From: Synechococcus sp.
GTDB taxonomy: Bacteria > Cyanobacteriota > Cyanobacteriia > Thermostichales > PCC-7336
Length of the DNA: 64,000 nucleotides
Reading direction: 5' to 3'
Assembly: GCA_051439605.1 (NCBI GenBank)
Contig: JBFRWN010000046.1
Location: 1 to 64,000 of the forward strand
A program made the position numbers and the translations under genes. Below, piece after piece: positions 8,184-19,065 of this stretch. Each line of letters begins with the position of its first letter. Positions within the stretch are counted from its first letter, which is position 1. The notes under the pieces were generated by a model that saw only the letters and a list, made by a program, of their open reading frames with translations, made no database searches and was not told the DNA's origin.

Positions 8184-10199
8184 TCATTCGCAGGACGCTT
8201 TACGTTTGAAAGCCAATTGATAAGTGCGTAACACTTCGGCAACGGTCCAAGCCTGCGCAAAGGCACCTCGAGGATGATGCGGAGGATTGCCATCGAAAAT
8301 TTCACCAAGGGTACCGGCACAGCCTGCCCTCAGTTGATCGGCCATGGGCTCAAGAAAGCTCAGGGCTGAGGCAGGATTCTGATAGGCTTTGAGATGGGCT
8401 TGCACGAAATGTCCGATGAGCCAACCCCAAGCTGTTCCTTGATGGTAAGCACCATCTCTCTGTACCGGATCGCCGCCATAGTAACCCCTGTAGTCAGTAT
8501 GGTCCTCCGAGAGCGATCGCAACCCATAGGACGTCAGCAATTTCTGAGCGACCTTCGTTACAACAGCTTTCTGCTGCTCGGGGGATAGCAATTCGGGGCC
8601 GGAGAGTGCGATCGCAGGCAGCGAGACTGCAAAAACCTGGTTGGGTCGAAGGGAACCATCATGCCCCTCTGGGCCATCAATCACGTCGTAGCAGTAGCCG
8701 CGATCGGCATTCCAAAATCGCCGAAATCCCTGCAATACTTGACGAGCGAGTTGCTGGTAGGAGTCAGCAGGTTGGTTGAGGAGGTTGGCAAATTGCACCA
8801 TGCTCAACAGAGCGTTGTACCAGAGTGCATTGATTTCAATGGGCTTGCCGATGCGAGGGGTAACCACCCAGTCGCCAATCTTGGCGTCCATCCAGGTCAG
8901 TTGCACCCCCGGTTCTCCAGCGTAGATTAACCCATCGCGATCGAGGTGAATACGGTAGCGAGTGCCTCTCTGGTGCCACGCAATTACCTCTGCTAAGGCA
9001 GGAAAGAGTTCGGCTAATAGTTCCAAATCGTGAGTCGCTTCGTAGTAAGCACGAATGGCCTCGAAGTACCAGAGAATTGCATCAACAGTATTGTATTCGG
9101 GTTGTTCACCCCCCTCTGGAAAGAGATTGGGAAGCATCCCTCGATCCAGATATTGAGCAAAAGTGCGAAGGATTGGTGGAGCAATTTCAGAACGTCCGGT
9201 GGAGATTACCAGCCCCGGCAGCGCAATCATGGTGTCTCGCCCCCAGTCTCCAAACCACGGGTAACCAGCTATTACTGTCTTGCCTGGAGCATCTTCCACT
9301 CTCCGATCCACAACGAACTGATTGGCGGCTAAAACCAATTGTTTGAGCCAAGAAGGGGACTGCTGCTGAATAGAGCCTTCTAGAGACGAGCACCACCGCT
9401 CAATTAGCCTTTGCTCGTCAGTTTGCTGTTGTTCGAGGGCCGCCTTCCCATCAAGGTTAGGGTTTGGAGAAGTGCTGGCAACAAGCGTAAACGATTGACC
9501 AACGTCCAATTCAACCTCAAAAGTGGCGGCATGGAGATGATCGTCGTGGGGATAAATTCCCCGATACTGCTCCATCGCTAGGGTATAGCCTTGGCACCAG
9601 CTATGGGCTGGGACAACTTTGGCATTTGTGGCCAGCAGATAAAACGGTACTGCGCCGTCGAATGCTTGAATCTCCACTCCCTGGTGTTTAGCATTCACTT
9701 GCATTTGCCAGTCATTGCCATGGGTGTTGCCGTGATGGTTACGATAATTCACCAAAGCATTGATGGATAGAGAAATTGGCTGACTGGCTCGCGTCAATGT
9801 GTAACGGATATAGGTGGTGTTGGCACCCTGCTCCATCCAAATACGCTTTTCGATGAGCGCATCGCCACACCCAAAAAGCCAGACCGGGATGGTGCCAACC
9901 AGGCAAAACCGTTCTATCAACTGATATCCCTGAGGACTAACCGTTCCATCTGCCCATCGATCGCAGTACAGGGAATAGAGCTTACCCGCATAGTGAACCT
10001 GCTCATCGAGCTTTGCCAGGAGTAACGTTCTCCCCAGGGGGGGCTTTAGCGCTGCAATTAAAAGCCCATGGTAGTGGCGGGTCAACATGCCCGAGATTGA
10101 ACCACAGGCATAGCCACCAATCCCATTCGTCACCAACCATTCACGCTGTTCAGCTATCGCTAGGTCGCCACAAATTTCTCGTCCAAATTTTATAGTCAT
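8184..10199 (-). CDS. Glycogen debranching enzyme, amylo-alpha-1,6-glucosidase (GH133; GDE_N plus GDE_C)
   Basis: Motifs EWLVTNGIGGYA, AGYPWFGDWGRDTMI, YNTVDA, LTWMDAK, YHQGT and QAWTVAE. Confidence 0.93.
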   Translation of the reverse strand: MTIKFGREICGDLAIAEQREWLVTNGIGGYACGSISGMLTRHYHGLLIAALKPPLGRTLLLAKLDEQVHYAGKLYSLYCDRWADGTVSPQGYQLIERFCLVGTIPVWLFGCGDALIEKRIWMEQGANTTYIRYTLTRASQPISLSINALVNYRNHHGNTHGNDWQMQVNAKHQGVEIQAFDGAVPFYLLATNAKVVPAHSWCQGYTLAMEQYRGIYPHDDHLHAATFEVELDVGQSFTLVASTSPNPNLDGKAALEQQQTDEQRLIERWCSSLEGSIQQQSPSWLKQLVLAANQFVVDRRVEDAPGKTVIAGYPWFGDWGRDTMIALPGLVISTGRSEIAPPILRTFAQYLDRGMLPNLFPEGGEQPEYNTVDAILWYFEAIRAYYEATHDLELLAELFPALAEVIAWHQRGTRYRIHLDRDGLIYAGEPGVQLTWMDAKIGDWVVTPRIGKPIEINALWYNALLSMVQFANLLNQPADSYQQLARQVLQGFRRFWNADRGYCYDVIDGPEGHDGSLRPNQVFAVSLPAIALSGPELLSPEQQKAVVTKVAQKLLTSYGLRSLSEDHTDYRGYYGGDPVQRDGAYHQGTAWGWLIGHFVQAHLKAYQNPASALSFLEPMADQLRAGCAGTLGEIFDGNPPHHPRGAFAQAWTVAEVLRTYQLAFKRKASCE

Positions 10200-10475
10200 G
10201 GGTCATCAGTTCGAACCTCAGATATTCCATCACCAACAGTGTTACCATAGCTCGAACTTGTTTGAACCAGGCTGAGATTTAGACTCGATGTAACTGTTTA
10301 TTTCAATATCCCCGTGAGGGAAACCACACGTTCATTTCTCATGAGGGAGCATGGGCCGGAATCTATCCTGCTTCAACTACTTCAGGTGGTTATCCCGTAA
10401 TAGATGTATTCTCCTCATGCACCCCTACGAAACACCACCATTTGCTCCCCACCCGAGCAAAATCTACTAAAATTA

Positions 10476-10922
10476 TCATCTGTTTGACATTGCTAGTAGT
10501 AAGTAGAAAATAATTGCCAGAATGCCTGGAATAAGAGATATAACTAGAAAGATTGTTGAGAAAAGTACGTACCTTCGAAAGACTAAGGCGATTCCTCCAA
10601 TCGATCTACGGCCAATCAGGTGGATTGACAATAAACCTAGAGGAATTAGAACTAATAAAAGTAACCCTGTAATAATTGCTCCATAATCAAACAAAGGGAT
10701 TCTAATCGGAAGCGGTAGAATCTCTATGAGTACTGAAAACCAGGTAAATGCTGCAACAATGTTTAGGATGGAGTAAATCCAAAAGATAACCTGATTTGAA
10801 TTTTGGTTTTCACTTACCTGACTTGTCTGAGGAAAGAGCTTCAGAAAGTAATATCCTAGACAAACCAGAAGAATACCTGCAACAATTCCAACTGGAAGAA
10901 GAATACTAAAGAAACTTATCAT
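10476..10922 (-). CDS. Hypothetical membrane protein (about 4 TM segments)
   Basis: 148-aa ORF with four hydrophobic segments in AT-rich DNA. Confidence 0.6.
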   Translation of the reverse strand: MISFFSILLPVGIVAGILLVCLGYYFLKLFPQTSQVSENQNSNQVIFWIYSILNIVAAFTWFSVLIEILPLPIRIPLFDYGAIITGLLLLVLIPLGLLSIHLIGRRSIGGIALVFRRYVLFSTIFLVISLIPGILAIIFYLLLAMSNR

Positions 10923-11469
10923 GCTTTGGTAAATGATTGACCAAAAAGAATCTCAAGTGCTGAACAGAATTATCTCAGAAATTAACTAGAAGTAATTTTA
11001 TCCCATATAGTCAAAGCAAAATCCGGTTTCGAATCGGTAGATACGATTCGTGTAATAAGAAGCAGGGTCGTGCCTCTAAGAAATGTGGGAGAAGTAATAA
11101 TATCCTGCCAGAACCAAGAACAAGAGGCGATTCCAGCTCGTTGAGCTGCTGTACCTTTCGTTTTCATAATAGGACTGCATATTCACTAGCGACGCAACAA
11201 CCGAGACTGTCACGTTCGATTTCAATGACGGAGAATTCCAACGAATTGAGAATTTTGCCACTTTCTCGCTATTTGGAGACCAAGCAGGAGATTTCAAGGG
11301 TGGCGCGATACCGCTAGGCATCTCCCAAACCATTCAAGCCGACGCCTGTTCACAGAATGGCGGTCGGGGAGATTTACTTGGATCGTGCTCGCTTGAATTC
11401 TTCCTTACCCAGGATATGGTGTAAATGAGGCACGATTCCTGCTATTTCGGCGGAGATTTAGGGCAATCA

Positions 11470-13671
11470 TCAATTTCGCTCAGGAGGGCTACTCGTCTCC
11501 AGCGGCACAGGCTCGCCCTCCAGCTGTTTGAGTTGTGAAAGATCCGGCAGTGGAGCTTGAGCCTCTTCCGCCTGCTCCTCAGAAACACCTTCCTCAAGGG
11601 GCTGTTCCGCAGGCTGGCGTGTTTCATCTGCTGTTTCTAAGGCAGCAGCTTGCAACGCTTGAAGTTGCTCGATCGCCAATTGGGCAGCTTCAAAGTTGGG
11701 ATCGAGCTCCAACACCCGACTGTAAGAGGCAATGGCCTCCTCAATTTTGTCCAATCCCGCTTGCACCGTTCCCAAGGTATGCCAAAACGCAGCCTTCTCC
11801 CTGTTGAACTCGGTAGCCTGTACGGCCAAAGCCTCGGCTTCTTCATATCGCTCCAGCCGGCACAAAACCCAGGCACGATTGTTCAAAGCTGTGGCATCTT
11901 CCGGACTGTACTCCAAAACCTTCCCATAGCTGTTCAGGGCCGCCTCAAGGTCCCCAGCATCGCTGTAGATTGCTCCCAAAGCGAACCACCCCATGGGGTT
12001 TCGTTCGTCGGATGCCAGCATTTGCTTTGCTGTAGCAATGGCTTCCTTCCAGCGCTCGAGGCGACGCAGCGACATGGCCTTTTGATAGAGAAGAGTTTCA
12101 TCTTCGGGGCGAACCTCCAGCAGACGATCGAGCCGCTTTTCCGCTGCCTTGTATTTACCCAATTCCATTAGGGTTGAAGCCTGGGCATAGCGGGCAGGAA
12201 ATGCATCTTCGTCAATGCGGAGACATTCTTCGTAATGCACTAGGGCTTCCTCCGAAAGCCCTAGTTTTTGGAATGCCCAGCCCCGAGCGTACCAAGTGCG
12301 ATAGCTATCCGGCTTGAGCTTGAAAGCGCTGTCAAAACTTTTAACGGCGTCTCGATAGCGCTTAAGACGTAGCAGCAGCAGCCCGCGATTGTGCCAAGCC
12401 TCAGATGAACAGGGATTTAACTTGAGAGCGGTGTTGAAGGCAATAAAGGCTTTGCGCGAACGACCGATGGACATTAAGGCATTGCCTTGGGCTATCCACA
12501 GCTGCTCGTTCTTAGGCTGGATTTCTAATGCCTTGGTAAAGCACCCTAACGCTTCGCGGTTACGTTCCATCGATCGCAGCAAATAGCCGCGGGCCATCCA
12601 GGTATCCAGACGAGCGGGATTATGCTCCAGGGCTGTTTCAAAACTCTTCAGGGCCAGGTTGTTGCGCTCCAATTGTTGGAGGCGAACCCCCCGATTGTGC
12701 CAGGCAGTACTTTGCTCGGGATCGGTTTCTAGAACTTTGTCGTAATTGACAACAGCGGCTTTGTAGCGGCGAATGCGCCCTAAAATTAGGGCCAGATTCA
12801 TCCGTACGGTTTCGTCGTAAGGGTTAATAGACAAAGAGCCGTTGTAGCTATCAATTGCATCCCGATAACGCCGCAACTCTACCAGCGCGTCCCCTCGGCG
12901 GCTCCACGCAGACGCAAAGTTTGAATCAATGTTGAGGGCCCGCTCGTATGCAACTAATGCCCGCTCGAACTTTCGCTGGGCAAATAACTCTTCCCCTTTC
13001 TCAAACTGTATGTCGGCGGTATTCCACTGAAACAACCGCTGAATCCATTGCAGAAATGCCACCTGACGGGTTTGCTCGTCAGTAGACATCTCCTGAGAGC
13101 CCAAGACTTGGGCAATCAGTTGTTGAATTCCTCGGACAAAGGCCCTAAACCCTCCAACTTCATCATGGGGATCGAAGGTGGCTAATTGTTGAGAAACTTG
13201 ACTCTGCAGGCGAAACCGCTGCAAGTCGGTGGGAGCCTTAAAACCTGGCTTCAGTTGCGCAATCAGTTTCTGAGCCTGAAATTCAAACAGAACCGTATCT
13301 TCGTCTGACCCCGAGAAGTCAATGAGTGTCAGATCGCGTACTGGGCGAGGTAGTTCGCAAGGTTCGTACAGCAACGGGATCAGCCGTTGATTTTGGTTGG
13401 AGGGGGCGTGGGGAAATCCGCAGTAAAGCTCGTCGTGGGGCCAAGGATCCCCCACAAAGTCCTCAGAGAAAACTAATGCAATATATCGACATTCATCGAT
13501 CGCCCGCCGCAGTTCTACCTTGCGGTTGTCGCTACTATCCAGCATCCAGCGATCGAACCAAACTTTGATTCCTTCGCGATCGAGCCGCTCGGCCAGTTGC
13601 CGAACCCACCTAGATTGAGCGCGGTTGTAGCGTAAAAAGACGTCGTACTTGTATTGCGGGTCAGCAGTCAT
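11470..13671 (-). CDS. TIR domain plus tetratricopeptide repeat protein
   Basis: N-terminal TIR_2 pattern (YDVFL.Y, GIKVWFD, W...EL, RLIPLL, IDFS), then about 13 TPR units (e.g. AWSRRG, AWHNRG, TWYARG) and an acidic tail. Confidence 0.9.
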   Translation of the reverse strand: MTADPQYKYDVFLRYNRAQSRWVRQLAERLDREGIKVWFDRWMLDSSDNRKVELRRAIDECRYIALVFSEDFVGDPWPHDELYCGFPHAPSNQNQRLIPLLYEPCELPRPVRDLTLIDFSGSDEDTVLFEFQAQKLIAQLKPGFKAPTDLQRFRLQSQVSQQLATFDPHDEVGGFRAFVRGIQQLIAQVLGSQEMSTDEQTRQVAFLQWIQRLFQWNTADIQFEKGEELFAQRKFERALVAYERALNIDSNFASAWSRRGDALVELRRYRDAIDSYNGSLSINPYDETVRMNLALILGRIRRYKAAVVNYDKVLETDPEQSTAWHNRGVRLQQLERNNLALKSFETALEHNPARLDTWMARGYLLRSMERNREALGCFTKALEIQPKNEQLWIAQGNALMSIGRSRKAFIAFNTALKLNPCSSEAWHNRGLLLLRLKRYRDAVKSFDSAFKLKPDSYRTWYARGWAFQKLGLSEEALVHYEECLRIDEDAFPARYAQASTLMELGKYKAAEKRLDRLLEVRPEDETLLYQKAMSLRRLERWKEAIATAKQMLASDERNPMGWFALGAIYSDAGDLEAALNSYGKVLEYSPEDATALNNRAWVLCRLERYEEAEALAVQATEFNREKAAFWHTLGTVQAGLDKIEEAIASYSRVLELDPNFEAAQLAIEQLQALQAAALETADETRQPAEQPLEEGVSEEQAEEAQAPLPDLSQLKQLEGEPVPLETSSPPERN

Positions 13672-13775
13672 CCAACTCTCGTTCAGCCAAGGTTTCGATG
13701 AGTCTCACCCAGTCTATCCGATTCCCCTAAGTCCTCTGATGTTAGCCGGGGTTAACAGTGGATATCTGCAACGAC

Positions 13776-14729
13776 CTAATCCCCAGGATGGGAGGAGCCA
13801 GTGGTGGCATTTGGAGGGTGTGAGAACTTCAGCGCCAGTTCTCTGCCCTCATTCAGAAGAAACGACAGAAACGTATCTGAAATGGTTGAAAGTTGGCGGC
13901 CTGCCGGATAAACAACATTCCACTGGAGATGAATTGGGAAATGCTCCACAGGTAATTCTGTAATTGCTGTCGTGGCGCCCATCAATGCCATGGTGTGTCT
14001 CGAAAGCACCGAGAGACCCAACCCCCCTGCGATCGCCTGTTTGATGGCCTCGTTACTGCCTAGAGACATGCGGACTTTGACCTTAACCCCATACTCCTCA
14101 AACAATTTTTCTACAGCCTCGCGGGTGGCTGAACCCGGTTCGCGCATGATAAATGGCTCTTCCGATAACGCTTCCAGCGATATAGACCCATTGCCTACTA
14201 GCGGGTGCGATGCCGGAGCCATCACCACCAGCGGATTATCTAGGAACGCCTGGCATTCAATATCGAGATGATGTGGAGGGCGACTGAGAATGTAGAGATC
14301 GTCAGAATTTTCTAGCAAGCGTTCCAACAAACCTTCATGGTTCGTGACTTCTAGCGACACATCGATGCCTGGATAGCGCTGGCAAAAGGCCCCCAGCAGC
14401 CGTGGCGCAACGTATTTGGCCGTTGTAATAACTGCCAGCTTTAACTGTCCTTGCTTCATCCCCTGTAGATCGGCCACCTTCATTTCAAAGCGATTTAGCA
14501 AGTCAAAAATTTGTTTGCAGGTGCTGTAAAGTTCGTTGCCAGCTTCCGTTAGATAAAGCTTTTTGCCAATTAGCTCAAACAACGGGGCGCCGACGGATTT
14601 AGCCAGCTGCTTCATCTGCATAGAAACAGTCGGCTGGGTTAGATAAAGCTCTTCCGCAGCCCGTGTAAAGCTGCGATGACGAGCGACCGACTCAAAAACT
14701 TTTAATTGTCGAAGGGTAGCTTGTAGCAC
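13776..14729 (-). CDS. LysR regulator, CbbR/CmpR/NdhR subfamily
   Basis: HTH ATLRQLKVF..VARHRSFTRAAEELYLTQPTVS, plus REPGSATR and SNEAIKQAIAGGLG. Confidence 0.92.
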   Translation of the reverse strand: MLQATLRQLKVFESVARHRSFTRAAEELYLTQPTVSMQMKQLAKSVGAPLFELIGKKLYLTEAGNELYSTCKQIFDLLNRFEMKVADLQGMKQGQLKLAVITTAKYVAPRLLGAFCQRYPGIDVSLEVTNHEGLLERLLENSDDLYILSRPPHHLDIECQAFLDNPLVVMAPASHPLVGNGSISLEALSEEPFIMREPGSATREAVEKLFEEYGVKVKVRMSLGSNEAIKQAIAGGLGLSVLSRHTMALMGATTAITELPVEHFPIHLQWNVVYPAGRQLSTISDTFLSFLLNEGRELALKFSHPPNATTGSSHPGD

Positions 14730-15073
14730 GAAGACCTAATTTACATACTGTGGCGGTGGTGGGACCTTAAAGTCAGGAATATTGAAAATAAATCGCTACA
14801 TTAAAGAAACTGATAGAAGTCCCTATTGGTAATGATTACATTCTCGAGAGCATACAGTGTGCTTCTGAATGAGTTGGTAAACCTGTCGCAATTAGAGTGA
14901 AAAGGCTAAATTAAGTATTCGTCTTTGTCGCTCAGGCCAATCCTATCCTCAACCCACTTGATTGCACAGTTTCCTGCAATGCGCTGCCCTGTTAAAGGCC
15001 AGTCCTTTCTAGTGACAGGAGGAGGGCTCATCGCTGATATGATGGGCTCAGACGCCCAATCAGCACTGCAGTT

Positions 15074-15253
15074 ATGTCGGAAGAAAACACGAATTCATCC
15101 CCAGAATCAAAACAGGTGCCCGAGTCACTCAAGCCCACTGTCGGAGTTCGAAAAGGGTTGGTGATACCTGAGTCCAAAACCTTCATTGGAAATCGTCCCA
15201 TAGCCTCAAACCAGCCAGAGGGAGACGACGCCTTAATGGGGTATCTGGATTAA
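15074..15253 (+). CDS. Small hypothetical protein (59 aa) ending GNRPIASN...LMGYLD
   Basis: Manual translation MSEENTNSSPESKQVPESLKPTVGVRKGLVIPESKTFIGNRPIASNQPEGDDALMGYLD. Below the ORF-track cutoff. The C-terminus resembles a cyanobacterial hypothetical family, from memory. Confidence 0.65.
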   Translation: MSEENTNSSPESKQVPESLKPTVGVRKGLVIPESKTFIGNRPIASNQPEGDDALMGYLD

Positions 15254-15379
15254 AGCTGAAGCTAAGTGGTGTGGGTAGATGCATCCAACTCAGAGCTGCA
15301 TACGCCTCAAGCACTATCCGAGATTGGTGAGCCGCTAGGACTATGGTGATGATTAATACTGAATTGTCATGCGTTCTCT

Positions 15380-15967
15380 ATGGCTTACACCACGGCTGAA
15401 CTAATAGACATATTAGATCGCGAGCTACAGGCTAACTGGCGAGGTGAAAGGGTCTTGATTTCCCCAGCTGAACGCCTCCAGAGTCCGGCGATCGCGATGG
15501 CTCTAGACCCTGGCAAGCTCAGCAAAGTGTTTGCCTACCGGGAGTTCAGAAGCCAAATACACGAGTACCAGATTAAACATGCTGTCTCAGGGATTGTGTG
15601 GAGAACCTGTAGGTTTCGCGATCGCGAGTTGAAGTTACCTGAAGTGCACGATCATTTGGTTTCTATTGATGGCGACAAACGCATACTGCAAGAGGCCAAA
15701 GCTGCAGCAATCCAGTTCTGGAAAGATATGACCGCAGGCATGAAGTTTTGGCTGTCTGGTTCCACCAACGAGCCTATTCTTCGCACAGAACTTGAGGCCT
15801 TAATCAAGCGTGCGGAATGGGTGACACTGGATGCGGCTCGAGAAGAGCTGTCTTTGGGGTTGTGCTGGGGGAACCCCGAAGAATGTCAGTATGACTGGGC
15901 CAGACCAGATTCGGGCTGCGATCGGGTGATTGCAGCCTTTGACAAACCCAGTTCCGTTAAGTTCTAG
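15380..15967 (+). CDS. Hypothetical protein
   Basis: 195-aa ATG ORF with globular composition, convergent with kaiC. Confidence 0.8.
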   Translation: MAYTTAELIDILDRELQANWRGERVLISPAERLQSPAIAMALDPGKLSKVFAYREFRSQIHEYQIKHAVSGIVWRTCRFRDRELKLPEVHDHLVSIDGDKRILQEAKAAAIQFWKDMTAGMKFWLSGSTNEPILRTELEALIKRAEWVTLDAAREELSLGLCWGNPEECQYDWARPDSGCDRVIAAFDKPSSVKF

Positions 15968-16070
15968 CCAACGTCCCAAAGCACCAGCAGGCACTATCCA
16001 GCTCAAGAGGGACTGGATATAAAAGACATGACTGAAGAATTCAATCTTCGGGAACTCAAAACCCGGGAAC

Positions 16071-17696
16071 TTAATCCTCGTCAGTGGGTTGAACTCCCCG
16101 CACAATTCTCGAAAGGTCGCTGGTTTCGTTGAACTCAATTCGAGTGGGGGAACCGCTAATCAGGCCTTCGAAGCCACGGAAGGAATCCTGAATCTCAGCA
16201 CCGCGACCGCTGATGATGTACTCACGAATGCCTTTGTCGTGCCAGGAGCCCCTCATCTTAAAGACGTTGATGGCCCGAGACATTTCACCGCGAATTTCAA
16301 CGTATTGGAGCAGAATGATCGTGTCGGTAATGGTGGAAATATGGGATTCAGTAATGGAATGGGAGCCCATAAACTGGTCGGTGGTATTGGTAAAGAAGCC
16401 AGTGATTTCCTCCTGCTTAGCGAACCCCGTTACCCCAATCACAAATTGCCGGAAGGCATTGGAACTGACTCCCCTGGCAAGGGCGGACAAAGAGTCGATC
16501 GCCAGTCGTCTGGGTTTGAAGTCTTTAATCTGAGATTTGATGATTTGCAGGTGATCTTCTAAGCCTGCAGATTCGGGGTAAGCACAAATAATCTTGAGCA
16601 GCCCCTCTTTCTCCATGCTTTCTAGGTCAATGCCCCAGGAAGATGCATTGCGGGACAGCTGAGCGCGGGACTCTTCGTAGGCAAACAGTATGGCCCGCTC
16701 CCCTTGCCTGCAGCCCTCTTCCAGAAATTTCGAGACCAGAGATGTTTTCCCCGTACCGGTGGCTCCCGTCGACAAAATAATCGAATCCCGAAAGAATCCT
16801 CCACCACACATCTCGTCCAGCTTGGGAACTCCGGAAGAGACCCGCACGTTGGAGGAGCGCTGTGTCAGCTGCATGGCCCCTAGCGGGAAAATATTGATGC
16901 CTTCGTGGGTCATAGTGAAGGGGTATTCCCCCTTCATGTGGGTGGTGCCGCGCAATTTGAGGATTTCAATCGTACGGCGACGCTTTTCTCCTTCCAATAC
17001 GTTGCGCATAATCACAACGTTATCCGAGACAAATTCCTCTACCCCAAAGCGGGCGATCGCCCCATACTCTTCCGTCCGCTCAGTACTCATCATGGTAGTA
17101 ACATTGCAACCTTTGAGGCGGGCGGAGAGACGGAATAACTCGCGACGGACAACATCCGATGCGTCGTACTGGTGGAAGACAGCTGTGACGGTGTCAACAG
17201 CCACTCGGGTGGCTTTGTACTTCCGAATGGCATATTGGATGCGTTCGATGAGCGCAGAAAGATCGAATTCTCCTGCTACATCGTATCCCTCGGGCTCTGG
17301 GGACGCATCTAGGATGAATAATTTGTCTTGGTCGATGAGTTCCTGGAGATCCCAACCGAAACTGTAGGCATTTTTGATGATGTCAGCAGGGGATTCCTCA
17401 AAGGTTACAAAAATAGCCGATTCGTTGAACTGAGTGATGCCGATATAGACAAACTGAACGCAAAATAGGGTCTTACCGGTACCCGAAGTACCGCTAATCA
17501 AAGTCGTTCGCCCGGCCGGTAGTCCTCCATGGCTGATATCGTCAAATCCTTCGATTCCGGTTTTAATTTTAGGAATCGCCTTGTAGGCAGTGTTTCTATT
17601 GGGATAAAGATTTTGAGGAAAACTCAGCGAGTTCTGACTTGAGAGGGCACTGCGGCTCTGTTCCTCAGGTGAAGACGGCGGATTGAAGTTAGTCAT
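16071..17696 (-). CDS. kaiC: Circadian clock protein KaiC
   Basis: Two RecA-like domains with P-loops GTSGTGKT and GATGTGKT, phosphosites HISTITD, and an A-loop-like ISGSPTRI. Confidence 0.98.
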   Translation of the reverse strand: MTNFNPPSSPEEQSRSALSSQNSLSFPQNLYPNRNTAYKAIPKIKTGIEGFDDISHGGLPAGRTTLISGTSGTGKTLFCVQFVYIGITQFNESAIFVTFEESPADIIKNAYSFGWDLQELIDQDKLFILDASPEPEGYDVAGEFDLSALIERIQYAIRKYKATRVAVDTVTAVFHQYDASDVVRRELFRLSARLKGCNVTTMMSTERTEEYGAIARFGVEEFVSDNVVIMRNVLEGEKRRRTIEILKLRGTTHMKGEYPFTMTHEGINIFPLGAMQLTQRSSNVRVSSGVPKLDEMCGGGFFRDSIILSTGATGTGKTSLVSKFLEEGCRQGERAILFAYEESRAQLSRNASSWGIDLESMEKEGLLKIICAYPESAGLEDHLQIIKSQIKDFKPRRLAIDSLSALARGVSSNAFRQFVIGVTGFAKQEEITGFFTNTTDQFMGSHSITESHISTITDTIILLQYVEIRGEMSRAINVFKMRGSWHDKGIREYIISGRGAEIQDSFRGFEGLISGSPTRIEFNETSDLSRIVRGVQPTDED

Positions 17697-18024
17697 CGGA
17701 ATTGTCTGCCTCTAGGTCGCCCATTGCATCGTCTAGCTCTTCGTAAAGTAAGTCTAGACCGATCAGAACTTTTTCGCGGTCAGACAGGTCTCCAATAATT
17801 TTACGCACAGGTGGCGGCAGAATTTTCGCCAATGTAGGAGTAGCCAGTATCTTATCCTCTTCAGCAAGACGGGGATTTTTGACTACGTCAATCACTTTGA
17901 GGCTGTAAATCCCTTTAAATTCTGATTGCATGATGTCCTGCAGTGTCCGAATCGCCCTGACGGAATTGGAGGTGCGACCGGCCACGTATAGCTTGAGGAC
18001 ATAGGCTTTGCGAGGAAGATTCAT
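17689..18024 (-). CDS. kaiB: Circadian clock protein KaiB
   Basis: Motifs [16 protein letters not shown] and [13 protein letters not shown]. Confidence 0.98.
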   Translation of the reverse strand: MNLPRKAYVLKLYVAGRTSNSVRAIRTLQDIMQSEFKGIYSLKVIDVVKNPRLAEEDKILATPTLAKILPPPVRKIIGDLSDREKVLIGLDLLYEELDDAMGDLEADNSDD

Positions 18025-18926
18025 TTGACACCTCCCTTTCGCTTGGTGTTGGGTTGGGGTGAATGCGGGATCGATCTGCGATACATCTCGCTCAAATGTG
18101 CAATGACATCGATTAAAGTGATGCGATAGTCCAAGATGATTTCCTCACTGCGCCCCTCTAGCTTGAGCTGTTTGGCAAAATTGTCCATTAATTGCATGTG
18201 TAATTCCAGCACCTGCGATACGCTCAAATCCCCTAGAAAAGCCAAAGCAACAAATTCATCAATGATTGGATTAACGCGATTGGGGGAGTGAAAATACTCC
18301 AACACTATGGTTCGATAAAGCTCCTTGAGCCGACTCATGAATTCCACCTGTTCCTCCTTAGGAAGGTGGCGATAAAAGCGGTCGGACTGTCGCTTGTAAT
18401 AGACTCCTGAGTAGCCCAACCGCTCCCGAAGTTTTTCTGACAGCTTTCGCTGTTGCTGCTGTACGAGGGTTGGCAACTGATTTCCCCCATCCACAGGTCG
18501 CACCCCCTGGGGAGATAGTTGTAGGAATAAAGCAATCGCCCGCTCAATCTGAGTTGCTAAATCTAGCTTGGTTGTAACAACATCTTGCTTGATAGGGAGT
18601 GTGATAGTGGCTTTGTGATAGAGCATTGCATTGTCGGGTATCTCTATGGCCGATTGTTCCACCAATGCCACTGCAGGCAAGAGAAGCCCCTGATTGGCAA
18701 GGAGATCCCCCAACTCGATGAGCGGCTGCAATTTTGGAATAGATAATAACAAGCAGTCTGTGTGTTGTTCTCTTTGCTTGAGATGTTGAATCAGGTGCTC
18801 CAAACTTCTGAACTTTTCAAGGGAAAACTGGCTGGAGTCCAGAAAGTCTGAATACTCAAGGTGGGAATTGAGCGACCAGTCATCGGGTTGGTAGCAACAA
18901 ATACGCAGTGGGGGAGGGGTCACCAA
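18021..18926 (-). CDS. kaiA: Circadian clock protein KaiA (full length)
   Basis: Motifs [15 protein letters not shown] and [34 protein letters not shown], with an N-terminal pseudo-receiver region. Confidence 0.96.
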   Translation of the reverse strand: MVTPPPLRICCYQPDDWSLNSHLEYSDFLDSSQFSLEKFRSLEHLIQHLKQREQHTDCLLLSIPKLQPLIELGDLLANQGLLLPAVALVEQSAIEIPDNAMLYHKATITLPIKQDVVTTKLDLATQIERAIALFLQLSPQGVRPVDGGNQLPTLVQQQQRKLSEKLRERLGYSGVYYKRQSDRFYRHLPKEEQVEFMSRLKELYRTIVLEYFHSPNRVNPIIDEFVALAFLGDLSVSQVLELHMQLMDNFAKQLKLEGRSEEIILDYRITLIDVIAHLSEMYRRSIPHSPQPNTKRKGGVK

Positions 18927-19065
18927 TAAATCTAACAGATCTGAACTATTAAGTTATCTTACTGACCTCGCAAGATTTTGCGGGAGGCTTTGCTAAGCAT
19001 ATTCGGAAATGGGACAGTCGCCAGTAGGCTAGACAGCGCCATCATTCAGCTGTTCCATCTGGCTC

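Noticed and set aside
14813..14826. NdhR/CmpR autoregulatory box ATAG-N6-CTAT
   Set aside because: The spacing does not match ATAG-N8-CTAT or T-N11-A, so it is too weak to call.
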